Below are positions 15,750 to 24,332 of a stretch of 64,000 nucleotides of DNA, piece by piece. The notes under the pieces are model-generated. The model had not been told where the DNA came from. It did no database searches and saw only the letters and a program-made list of their open reading frames with translations. Within the stretch, counting starts at the first letter, position 1, and each line of letters begins with the position of its first letter. The DNA is taken from the NCBI GenBank assembly GCA_964389375.1, contig CAYMDP010000008.1, forward strand, positions 17,985 through 81,984. The letters run 5' to 3'. The stretch comes from an uncultured Pseudobdellovibrionaceae bacterium (lineage in GTDB: Bacteria; Bdellovibrionota; Bdellovibrionia; Bdellovibrionales; UBA1609). Both the position numbers and the translations under genes were made by a program.

Positions 15750-17396
15750 TTACATTTGAGAGTAGTTCGGACCGCTTCCACCTTCACGCGGATTCCAGCG
15801 AGGTCCAAGCACATCTGTAGCTTTGCAATCTACACAGTTTGGAGAATTTACGATCAGTTTATCCCCTTGGCGCTCATAGACTCCGGCTGGACACATTGCT
15901 GCGTAAAAATCTGCGATCTCAGGAGATACATCTTTTCCAACAGTGAGATGTTGAGGAACGTCATCTCGAGTTTTATTTCCTGAAAGATAAACCGCGTCGA
16001 CTTTACTTAATCCGACTTTTTGTTCAGAGACGGGTGGAGTCACAAATTTTGGATCTTCCGCATCTTCTTGACCGTGATTCGAGTCTCCCGGAAAAGCTCC
16101 TCCAGTTAAAGTCATAAATACAGATTTTACGCCGCCAGTGTAAAAGCCATCCTTAAAGGCGTGGCGCATGTTTCTGACTTTATAAAGATCTTTATAGACG
16201 TAAGATTCTTTAAGTTCATCCTGGTAAGATTTTAGAGCTGCAGCAGACGTATCTTGCGCTTTTAACGCTTTATAAATAGCGCGCGCCGCGAGCATTCCCG
16301 ATTTCATCGCATAATGAATTCCCTTAAGTGCAGGGACATTTACAAGTCCTGCAGAATCCCCAAGGATCATCACGCCATCACCGACTAAACTTTCGGGAAT
16401 GGAATGATAGCCTCCCTCGGGAATCGTTTTTGCTCCCCATTCAAGGCATTCTCCTCCCTCGAGGATTTTTTTGAAATAAGGATGTTCTTTCATTTTCTGC
16501 AACATCTTGTGCACATCCGTTTGATGATCGCGGTAGTCCAGTCCGACGACGAGGCCCAGTGCGATGGTGTCGTCCGACAGGGGATAAAGAAAAGATCCAC
16601 CGAAGGCCTCTTTTGCTAAAGGCCAGCCCAGGGTGTGAATGATTTCTTTTGGAGATTGTTTGACCTTCCAGATTTCTTTCACTCCCAGTGCGTAGATTTG
16701 TTTAAAGCGAGAATTAACTTTTTGCCAAGACAAGTAGGCTTGAGACAAAGTTCCTCGACTTCCCTCTGAAAGGACGGTCACTCGAGAGCTGATTTGGGTT
16801 GGGGGCATATATTGACCACCAGGAGATCCGTCTCGGTTGAGTCCCGCGGCCGTGGTCTTCACTCCAACAATTTTATTGCCTTCTGCATATAAAGATTCTG
16901 CCGGAAAGCTTGTAAAAATATTCACGCCAAGGCCTTCCGCCTTTTCACCAAGCCAACGAACCATTTCGCAAAGAGAGCCGATTTGGTTTCCAGAGTTTTT
17001 CATGGTTGGAGGTGTGGGGATTTGGATGGATCCGGATTCGGTTAATAAGATGACCTTTTCGTGATGTACGGCTCTTCGAAATGGAAAATCTGAATCTTTT
17101 AGCTCGGGGAAAAGTTCACGAAAGGCGACCGGATTGACGACGGCTCCGGACAAAGTGTGGCCACCAAGATGAGAGGCTTTCTCGAGAACGCCGATTTCGA
17201 TGGGTCCTAGATCAGGATCTGCTTTGACTAACTTTGCAAGTTCGATAGCTCCTGCAAGACCCGCGGGGCCGGCCCCAACAAAAACAACATCAAGGGGGAC
17301 TACGTCTTCTCCAGAAGGAGTTTCTTTTAGAATCAGTTTATCTATTGGCAGAGGTGCTTGGTGATTTAAGGGTGTGAATTGCTTAGATCCAGTCAT
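15750..17396 (-). CDS. Electron-transfer flavoprotein:ubiquinone oxidoreductase (ETF-QO)
   Basis: FAD motif VVFVGAGPAGLAGA and C-terminal 4Fe-4S region CPAGVYE...NCVDCKATDV...GGSGPNYSQM. The start was set at ATG 17396 (AAGGA upstream) rather than the 33-codon extension in the track. Confidence 0.9.
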   Translation of the reverse strand: MTGSKQFTPLNHQAPLPIDKLILKETPSGEDVVPLDVVFVGAGPAGLAGAIELAKLVKADPDLGPIEIGVLEKASHLGGHTLSGAVVNPVAFRELFPELKDSDFPFRRAVHHEKVILLTESGSIQIPTPPTMKNSGNQIGSLCEMVRWLGEKAEGLGVNIFTSFPAESLYAEGNKIVGVKTTAAGLNRDGSPGGQYMPPTQISSRVTVLSEGSRGTLSQAYLSWQKVNSRFKQIYALGVKEIWKVKQSPKEIIHTLGWPLAKEAFGGSFLYPLSDDTIALGLVVGLDYRDHQTDVHKMLQKMKEHPYFKKILEGGECLEWGAKTIPEGGYHSIPESLVGDGVMILGDSAGLVNVPALKGIHYAMKSGMLAARAIYKALKAQDTSAAALKSYQDELKESYVYKDLYKVRNMRHAFKDGFYTGGVKSVFMTLTGGAFPGDSNHGQEDAEDPKFVTPPVSEQKVGLSKVDAVYLSGNKTRDDVPQHLTVGKDVSPEIADFYAAMCPAGVYERQGDKLIVNSPNCVDCKATDVLGPRWNPREGGSGPNYSQM

Positions 17397-17543
17397 GATG
17401 GCTGTCCTTAAAAGTATGTGAGTGGATGAAGTGAAGCTGGTCAAAACTGTAAAGGATAGAGGCAGGATTTGTCTAGATACTTGTGTCTCGACCACAGTCG
17501 GATTTTTTCGGTGAGGCTTATGAGCGGTGGCTTCTGCGAGGCA

Positions 17544-18524
17544 TCAATTTTTGGGGCGAAGCTGCATCATCTCTAAAAGTAGGCCCGTAGATGAAGGGGG
17601 CAGGGGATCAACGTACTTTTGATCTTCTTTGCCCCCACTCCAGGCATGATCTAGGCCTTCAATTAAAAGCATTTTAAACTTACATTTTTCAGCATCAAAA
17701 TCGAGACACAGTTGTTGGAATGAGCGTTTTCCCTCGCGCTTAGTTTCGGATTTAACGGGCGTCAAAATTTGTTTCCGGGCCAATCTTTCTGCCAGCAAGG
17801 TGTGATGTTCAAAAAGGTGTTGGGCATTTGAGGGATGAACAACCTGATCGGCTAATCCTTGGATGACTGTCAGAGATGGGGGACGAAAGGCTTTTTTATC
17901 TTCGGCTCGCGAACAAAAATAGGCCTGCTTCGAGGTCTCTTCACTGCTGCGCTTAGGCCCATCTTTCATCACTTTCGGGCCTTCAACAATATTTTGGGCA
18001 GCTGAAAAGCTAACGCCCGCATGAATCAAGCCCCCTTGAAATCTTTCAGGGTAACAACTCAGCAATACAGAGGCCTCAGCCCCTCCGGCAGAAAGTCCAG
18101 TCACAAAGCTGTCCTTTCTTGGGACATTCAAATTGAGTGAGTCCATAAGGCCAATAATCCATCCGGCTTCGCTCATGTCTCGATGTTGTTGAATCGGGTA
18201 AAACCAATTCCAACAAGATAGACTATTAAAAAATGATGATTGGTATGGAGCCAAAATATAAAATCCGTATTTCGTCGCCGCCTCAGTCAGCGCAATTCCT
18301 TCCGAAAACTCGATCCCATTTTGAAGGCAGCCATGAAGTGCCACGACAAGCTTTGGATTTTTACTTAAAGTGCTAGGAACAAATAGCGAATAAGAGCGGG
18401 AGCCCGAGAAGTCGGCATACTGTCCCTCTTGCCACTCTGAATATGCAAATTCTGCGAAGGTGAAGTTTAGTAGAAGGACCAAACTGATCAAAGGTAGAAG
18501 AAGCGTATGACTTGCTGTTTTCAT
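17544..18524 (-). CDS. Secreted esterase, PHB-depolymerase/LpqC family
   Basis: Signal peptide, LVVALHGCLQNG, SCWNWF, and nucleophile elbow GLSAGG. Confidence 0.7.
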   Translation of the reverse strand: MKTASHTLLLPLISLVLLLNFTFAEFAYSEWQEGQYADFSGSRSYSLFVPSTLSKNPKLVVALHGCLQNGIEFSEGIALTEAATKYGFYILAPYQSSFFNSLSCWNWFYPIQQHRDMSEAGWIIGLMDSLNLNVPRKDSFVTGLSAGGAEASVLLSCYPERFQGGLIHAGVSFSAAQNIVEGPKVMKDGPKRSSEETSKQAYFCSRAEDKKAFRPPSLTVIQGLADQVVHPSNAQHLFEHHTLLAERLARKQILTPVKSETKREGKRSFQQLCLDFDAEKCKFKMLLIEGLDHAWSGGKEDQKYVDPLPPSSTGLLLEMMQLRPKN

Positions 18525-18597
18525 GGTGAGAGAGGCTAACTAAAATTAGGTTCATTTTAAAGGTCAATTGTGGGATGCTCTTGTTTCAAGGGGCTTC

Positions 18598-19407
18598 ATG
18601 GCAATTTTTCATTTTAAAGATCTGAACCTAGCCTACCGTCTTTTACCTCGGGCCTTCCCGAATGATCTGTTGTTGCTTCAGGGGCCATTTGTGACCGCGG
18701 ACTGGTGGGAGCCATTCTTGACGGAAGTGGGACAGGTGGGGGTCGGCAAAAAATGGACCGGGAAGATTGCATTGATTGACTGGCCCGGTTTTGGGCAAAG
18801 CTTTCCTCCAAAATCAAACTTGGATCTTTCGCTTGAGACTTTGGCTCCGGCATTACTGGCTTTGTGTAAGGGCTTAGGACTTAGTGAGATCCGTATGCTT
18901 GGACATTCTTTGGGCAGTTTGATTGGTTTGAAGGCTATTTTAAAATCACCAGATCTTTTTCAGTCGGCAACACTGTTAAACCCTTTTCCGATGTCTGGAG
19001 GCTTGAAGCTTGCCCCAGTGAATGAACTTTTCCAAAGACTTTCCAAAGATTCCAGCGAGTTGACTCAGATCCTTCAAGCGATGCTGTATGGGGTGAAAGT
19101 TTCGGACGAGTTAAAGAACAAGCTGTTTCAATCCGCAGAAGCAATTCATCCACAGGTTTGGAAGTTGATGCCTCCGGTAGAGGATTTGAATTCTTTTAAA
19201 TCTCAGCTTCGGGGCCTGGACAAGCCAGTCAGTATTATTCAAGGCGAGTTTGATACCTTTCATCCTAAAACTTCTGCGAAAGAGTGGCAGGCCTTGTTTT
19301 TAGATGTTCAATACCGCGAGCTGCAAGTTTTAGGACATTGCCCCCATATCGAGAACCCAGCTTTGCTGGTTAAAACTTATTTCGAACTTCAGGGGATCAC
19401 TTTTTGA
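18598..19407 (+). CDS. Alpha/beta-fold hydrolase
   Basis: GHSLGSLIG nucleophile elbow and a C-terminal GHCPHIENP histidine motif. ATG 18598 follows AAGGGG. Confidence 0.7.
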   Translation: MAIFHFKDLNLAYRLLPRAFPNDLLLLQGPFVTADWWEPFLTEVGQVGVGKKWTGKIALIDWPGFGQSFPPKSNLDLSLETLAPALLALCKGLGLSEIRMLGHSLGSLIGLKAILKSPDLFQSATLLNPFPMSGGLKLAPVNELFQRLSKDSSELTQILQAMLYGVKVSDELKNKLFQSAEAIHPQVWKLMPPVEDLNSFKSQLRGLDKPVSIIQGEFDTFHPKTSAKEWQALFLDVQYRELQVLGHCPHIENPALLVKTYFELQGITF

Positions 19408-21512
19408 CCGAAGGCCTGTTTTGCAAGCTGAGCAATATCTGCGGCTCGCTTGGCCAGAAGATCTTGAGAGCTCAAATTTTGTTCTTCCGTTTGAGGTGTT
19501 CTTAAGTGGTAATTCCCCTCTTGATCCATGTCCCAGGCTGAGCGCTGATCTTGAAGCAGAGTATTCAGGGTCTCCCATATTTTCATTCTGTTGGCAGCTT
19601 CCTCAACAGGAGTGACCACTTCAACACGGGCTTCAAGATTTCGTCTCATCCAGTCCGCAGAGCCGATAAAAAATCTTCCGTCTGTCTCGTCGGCTGCAGC
19701 ATTGCGAAAATAAAAAACTCTCGAATGTTCAAGAAAGGGACCAATGACCGAAATCAGACGAATATTCTCACTTAAACCTTGAAGTTGGGGACGTAAGCAA
19801 GAAAAACCGCGGATGATTAAATCCACTTGAACCCCATTTCGAGAGGCCTCATACAAAGCTTCAATCATGTCTTTATCTCCAAGGTTGTTGCACTTGGCGA
19901 TGATTCTTGCGGGACGCTGTTGTTTTGCATTTTCAATTTCATTCTGAATCAAATTTAAGAAACTACTTTTTAGATTAATTGGAGAGACCAAAAGCTCTTT
20001 GTAATCTGTTTTTAAAGATCGTCCAGTGAGGTAATGAAAAACTTCGACGACTTCTCGACTGATTTGGGGCTTACAGGTCAGTAGACCGAAGTCGGTGTAG
20101 AGTTTGGCGGTCTGAGGATGATAATTTCCCGTTCCAATATGAACGTAAGATCTAAACTCATCTTTTTCACGGCGCACGACGAGAGCAAGCTTTGAGTGTG
20201 TCTTTAATCCGATAATTCCGTAGACCACATGCACGCCGGCTTTCTCCATGGCCTGTGCCCAATAGATGTTCCGCTCTTCGTCAAAGCGCGCTTTTAATTC
20301 GACCAGACAGACCACTTGCTTTCCCTCTTCGGCCGCTTTGATCAAAGAGGCCACGATGGGACTTTCTTCGCTGGTCCGGTACAAGGTCATTTTAATAGCA
20401 ACAACATCCGGGTCGGAAGCCGCCGTTCGAATAAAGCGTTCAATGCTTGTCGTAAAGCTTTCGAAAGGGTGGTGGATCAGGAGGTCTGAGTTTCGAATCG
20501 CCTGAAAGATATTTAAATTTTCATCGTGCAGGGGTGGCAGAGTGACGGGTGTCCAAGGCCGACTACGAAGATGAGCAAGGCTTAAACTTGCGATAGGCTG
20601 AAGCTGTTTAAACTCTAAGGGCAAAGGAGAGGAGAAAATATCTTCAGGGGTCAGATTCAGCTCGTCGACTAAAAAATCTAAAAGCCAAGGGTTGGCGTCG
20701 GGACCATGCTCAAGACGGACGATCTCGGCAAAACGCCTTTGTTTTACTTCTTCTTCGATCATCTCCAGAAGGTCTTCGGCACCCTCGTCATCGGTCTCGA
20801 TATCCACATTGCGGGTCACTCGAAAAGCCATCGAATTTTGAATTTGCATCTTTGGAAATAGATCCGCAAGATGTGCTCGCACTAAGGTCAGGCAGCTGAT
20901 CATCCTAAATTCAGTGTCGGGCCCAGGGATCTTAATCCAGCTTGGAAAAAATTCTGGGATTTTGATTCGAGCAAACAGAAGATCCTCTTCATTTGGAACC
21001 TTCAGCGAAACTGCTAACGACATCGAAAGATTTGAGATCAATGGGAAGGGGTGACCAATATCCACAGCCATGGGGGTCAAAACGGGGAATATCTTTTCCG
21101 AGAAGGTTTGTTTTGCCCAAACTTTTTCTTCTTCAGTGAGTTCGTTCCAGTCTAAAAGAAAAATTCCCGATTTGGCGAGCTCTGGGATCAGGTGATTTTC
21201 ACACAGGGCTTCGACATCTTCGTTAAGGGACAAAACTTTGGTGCGGATCAGGGACAGCTGCTCGGTGGGATTAAGCCCATCCAAAGAATGGGCAGAAACT
21301 CCTGCAAGGGCTTGACGTTTAAGGCCGCCTACTCGCTTCATAAAAAATTCGTCTAAATTGGAATGGAAAATATTAAAAAATCGGACCCGGTCTAAAATGG
21401 GATTTCGATCGTCGGTGGATTGATAAAGAACGCGCTTGTTGAATTTCAACAGACCAATTTCGCGATTCAAATATTTTTGCGTACTAGTGCTCTGATCCAA
21501 GGTGTTCCTCAA
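19389..21512 (-). CDS. ppk: Polyphosphate kinase 1
   Basis: YLNREIGLLKFNKRVL, FFNIFHSNLDEFFMKRV, HSKLALVVRRE and two PLD-like C-terminal domains. 707 aa. Confidence 0.95.
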   Translation of the reverse strand: MRNTLDQSTSTQKYLNREIGLLKFNKRVLYQSTDDRNPILDRVRFFNIFHSNLDEFFMKRVGGLKRQALAGVSAHSLDGLNPTEQLSLIRTKVLSLNEDVEALCENHLIPELAKSGIFLLDWNELTEEEKVWAKQTFSEKIFPVLTPMAVDIGHPFPLISNLSMSLAVSLKVPNEEDLLFARIKIPEFFPSWIKIPGPDTEFRMISCLTLVRAHLADLFPKMQIQNSMAFRVTRNVDIETDDEGAEDLLEMIEEEVKQRRFAEIVRLEHGPDANPWLLDFLVDELNLTPEDIFSSPLPLEFKQLQPIASLSLAHLRSRPWTPVTLPPLHDENLNIFQAIRNSDLLIHHPFESFTTSIERFIRTAASDPDVVAIKMTLYRTSEESPIVASLIKAAEEGKQVVCLVELKARFDEERNIYWAQAMEKAGVHVVYGIIGLKTHSKLALVVRREKDEFRSYVHIGTGNYHPQTAKLYTDFGLLTCKPQISREVVEVFHYLTGRSLKTDYKELLVSPINLKSSFLNLIQNEIENAKQQRPARIIAKCNNLGDKDMIEALYEASRNGVQVDLIIRGFSCLRPQLQGLSENIRLISVIGPFLEHSRVFYFRNAAADETDGRFFIGSADWMRRNLEARVEVVTPVEEAANRMKIWETLNTLLQDQRSAWDMDQEGNYHLRTPQTEEQNLSSQDLLAKRAADIAQLAKQAFGQKVIP

Positions 21513-21556
21513 TTGGACACAGTTTATATCATAGCTTTGAGTCTAGTGAGTCAGGA

Positions 21557-22726
21557 TTAGGTCTGGATGGAAGGCGCTTCACTCTGGTCTAAAAAAGTTT
21601 CAATTTCGGCCCGGCGATCCATCGCGTCTTTGTAGCCTAAATCGACCAATGTGGAGCAATATCCGGGTTCAAATAAAAGGTAGCTTAAAAGCTCAGCAGT
21701 TTCTTCTGAAGTCCCAAGGCCCTGAAGTAAGAAGCGGATAATCTTGGGTAGATCGTCTTCGCGGCTTTGGGCAAGGGCAGCAAGACTTTTTGAGGGGTGG
21801 ATATAAAGGGCCCGGATCGGTTGATAGCGAGTTTCAAGGCCTGCACTCTTCATCTGCTCGACCGTCTGATTTATGATCGTCAGTCGCTCCAGATCAATTT
21901 CTACAGCATCCATAAAGATCGAGTTGATTAAAACGGATAGCACTCGGCCCAAAGAAGGCTGAAGAATTTTTCCATTAGTCAGGTCCATCTCTGTCCGTCT
22001 ACGCACCCCAACGATCAACATATTTTTTGCGCCCATATGAATGGCGGGACTTAAAGGGGCCATATTTCTAAGGCAGCCATCTCCGAAGTGTCGATCCTCA
22101 ATAGGCCAGGGCGGAAAAAATATGGGAATCGAGCTTGAGGCCATGACATGGTCAACATTGATTTTTGCTTCAAGACTGATGCGATTTGCACTTTTCCACA
22201 TTGGGAATGACTGTGCGCTTTCAACAAAGGTGACTCCCAGAGACGTCGAATAATCCGTTGCAGAGATCGCAACAGCATTAAGACGTCCTGCCGAAATATT
22301 GCCGCGGATTTTATCAAATGAGATCGATTTTAATAGAAGGTTTCGAAGGGGACTTGTGTTTAGTAATCCAACAGTTAAAGGTCGAAGCCGAGAGTTTAGA
22401 CCGCCAAGACTGACGCCGCGAACCAGTTTAAGAGCGTTTCTGGTAACACTTCCATAATCCGTCTCAAAAACATCTTCGGCTCGAATGTTTCTCCAAACTT
22501 CACAAAGTTCTTTCGTTGTCGAATCTAAATCTTCGATTCCAGAAGCCAGGTGAGAGACATTGATTGCGCCAGCACTGACTCCTGCTAGGGTTCTAAAAAC
22601 TCGCAGTTGATTTTTTTTAGCCGCAAGTTCATAGATTGCGCGAATCACGCCGGCCTGAAAGGCCCCGCGTGCACCACCGCCGGATAAAACCAAGCAGCTT
22701 TGATCTGGATTAGACTGATCGGCCAT
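21557..22726 (-). CDS. Patatin-like phospholipase
   Basis: LVLSGGGARGAFQAGV oxyanion motif, GVSAGAIN (GxSxG) and DGC(L) catalytic Asp motif. Confidence 0.85.
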   Translation of the reverse strand: MADQSNPDQSCLVLSGGGARGAFQAGVIRAIYELAAKKNQLRVFRTLAGVSAGAINVSHLASGIEDLDSTTKELCEVWRNIRAEDVFETDYGSVTRNALKLVRGVSLGGLNSRLRPLTVGLLNTSPLRNLLLKSISFDKIRGNISAGRLNAVAISATDYSTSLGVTFVESAQSFPMWKSANRISLEAKINVDHVMASSSIPIFFPPWPIEDRHFGDGCLRNMAPLSPAIHMGAKNMLIVGVRRRTEMDLTNGKILQPSLGRVLSVLINSIFMDAVEIDLERLTIINQTVEQMKSAGLETRYQPIRALYIHPSKSLAALAQSREDDLPKIIRFLLQGLGTSEETAELLSYLLFEPGYCSTLVDLGYKDAMDRRAEIETFLDQSEAPSIQT

Positions 22727-22776
22727 GAAGCTTTAGGCCCTCCAGTCTTCAAGCATGGGGTAAAAAAAATGGAGTG

Positions 22777-23652
22777 TCAAAAGTCCTGAATATGCTGGAC
22801 TAGGTCTGGATGGTCGATGAAGGGGTTACGAACTTGCTGCACTCTAAAAATCTCTTCGTGGCGCGTTCTTTCATACTCGTCTACTGGATCGATTTTATGC
22901 CACTCTCTTAGCTCTTCTTCTTCCCCATCTTCGATTTCGAGTTGATATCGAGTGGCGAAGTAGAAAATGGCTCGAGCGACATTTCCTTTATGGCTTCGCG
23001 GGGGTTCAAAGACAAGGCTGCTTGGGTCCCTGCGTGCAAGGCCTCGTTTCGAATCGGGGCAAGTCGATGTTCTGGAAGTTTGAACGACTCCGAAAGGCAA
23101 GTTTCCCCTTTGGGTGTTGGTGCTTGCCGTCGTTGGAAAGAGGGCATGAAGATCTGATTTTTGTAAGCCCGTCTCGTAGTTACGATTGAATCGACTCTGG
23201 GGCCAAGTGTGCTCAGCATTGATGACTCGTGGGTCAGGTGTGCGACCAGGTCCTGGGCCTTGGTTTTTTGGAAAATCAGCAGAACTGTATTCGATGTTGC
23301 AATAGACACAGCTGATAAAATACTTGGAGCCTTTTTTATTTAAGTGAAGAGTGCCAAACAATTCTTTTCGGGCAGAGTTATAAGAAAAATATTGGTGAGA
23401 GACGCAGTCTTGATTTGCGGGGCAGCGCTCAAGAATCAAATCGCCTTTTCCATTCTGCGGTATATGAAAGCGCGAAAGAATCCGGTAGAGCTTGTCTTTT
23501 AGTACTTCGTCCAAGGCTTCATTTTGATTTTGAGTCTGAAGTAAAGAAAACTCGGAATAAAATTCGTCACCGTAATAGGGGATTTTTGGATTGAGGCCCG
23601 CAAAGCTAGTGCTAGTCCACAGAAACAGAGCAATAAGCAGGTGAAGTCTCAT
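22777..23652 (-). CDS. Secreted endonuclease I family DNase
   Basis: Signal peptide, EHTWPQS, NTQRGNLPFG and C-terminal VRNPFIDHPDL, all typical of EndA/Vvn-type endonuclease I. Confidence 0.8.
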   Translation of the reverse strand: MRLHLLIALFLWTSTSFAGLNPKIPYYGDEFYSEFSLLQTQNQNEALDEVLKDKLYRILSRFHIPQNGKGDLILERCPANQDCVSHQYFSYNSARKELFGTLHLNKKGSKYFISCVYCNIEYSSADFPKNQGPGPGRTPDPRVINAEHTWPQSRFNRNYETGLQKSDLHALFPTTASTNTQRGNLPFGVVQTSRTSTCPDSKRGLARRDPSSLVFEPPRSHKGNVARAIFYFATRYQLEIEDGEEEELREWHKIDPVDEYERTRHEEIFRVQQVRNPFIDHPDLVQHIQDF

Positions 23653-23753
23653 GAACCCTCCATAGTTTTCAGAGATTCCTGAGCTTCAGTTTATGCAGTT
23701 TTGTTATGTTGGCGGCAATTCACGTACAATACAGACCAAATCTTGACCTAAAA

Positions 23754-24056
23754 CTAGACTTTAGTCCTTGGATTGTGGATATCTTGAATCAAAACAAAGG
23801 GGCTGATGATTAAAAAATAGAACTTAGGAGATCGAGCTTCAAAGTCTTCGACATCTTCTAGCCCTGGCTTTTTAATCCAATTTTTTTGAATCAATTTTTC
23901 GACCTCTTCTTTTTTGTCTTCGGCTAAAAGAAGACCCACATCGACCATGTCGAGGTTGTGGTCGACCAGGACAAGAGATCCTCTTGTCAAGTGGGTTTTC
24001 AAGTCTGCCCAGTCCACTTCGCACAGTTCTTCAGCAAGCTTCTTTTTTAAGTCCAT
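23754..24056 (-). CDS. Small cytoplasmic protein, DUF2288-like
   Basis: 100 aa. The pattern W..L..H..RG.L..V...LD.V.VG...A.D......W.....I.KP......F...IISPFVLIQ is recalled from the DUF2288 family. Confidence 0.45.
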   Translation of the reverse strand: MDLKKKLAEELCEVDWADLKTHLTRGSLVLVDHNLDMVDVGLLLAEDKKEEVEKLIQKNWIKKPGLEDVEDFEARSPKFYFLIISPFVLIQDIHNPRTKV

Positions 24057-24059
24057 TTA

Positions 24060-24217
24060 GGATCTGTCCTCATTTCGCCGTACCTCTAATTCGTTTAATT
24101 TTGAGTCGGAGCTTCGTTGCTCCTCCTCGAATTGCCCGAGGGCAGTCCTTCGTCGTCGCGCCTCGCTCCACCTCAAACTAAAACAAATTAGAGGCACGGC
24201 GAAATGAGGACAGACCC
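24060..24217. repeat. Long imperfect palindrome (element B): 32-bp terminal inverted repeats around a ~94-bp self-complementary core
   Basis: Left arm 24060-24091 is ggatctgtcctcatttcgccgtacctctaatt. Right arm 24186-24217 is its reverse complement with 2 mismatches. Pairing continues into the core. A 13-nt direct repeat taggatctgtcct occurs at 24058-24070 and 24218-24230. Confidence 0.8.
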
Positions 24218-24235
24218 TAGGATCTGTCCTTTTTT
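24208..24235 (+). terminator. Intrinsic-terminator-like hairpin with a T6 tract
   Basis: Stem ggacaga (24208-24214) / tctgtcc (24223-24229), loop ccctagga, then TTTTTT (24230-24235). The 5' half of the stem is also the end of the element B right arm. Confidence 0.45.
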
Positions 24236-24265
24236 GAGTCTGGCGCCCTTGCGCATTTTAAATTT

Positions 24266-24295
24266 TTAACGGCATATTTTCTTTTTGGGTAGAAT
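24266..24295 (+). promoter_or_regulatory. Candidate sigma70-type promoter upstream of the helicase gene
   Basis: TTAACG (24266-24271), an 18-nt spacer, and TAGAAT (24290-24295), 38 nt upstream of the 24333 start. Confidence 0.3.
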
Positions 24296-24332
24296 ATTAT
24301 TTACTTGTTCGAGCTCAGCTGGTTAAGGTTCA

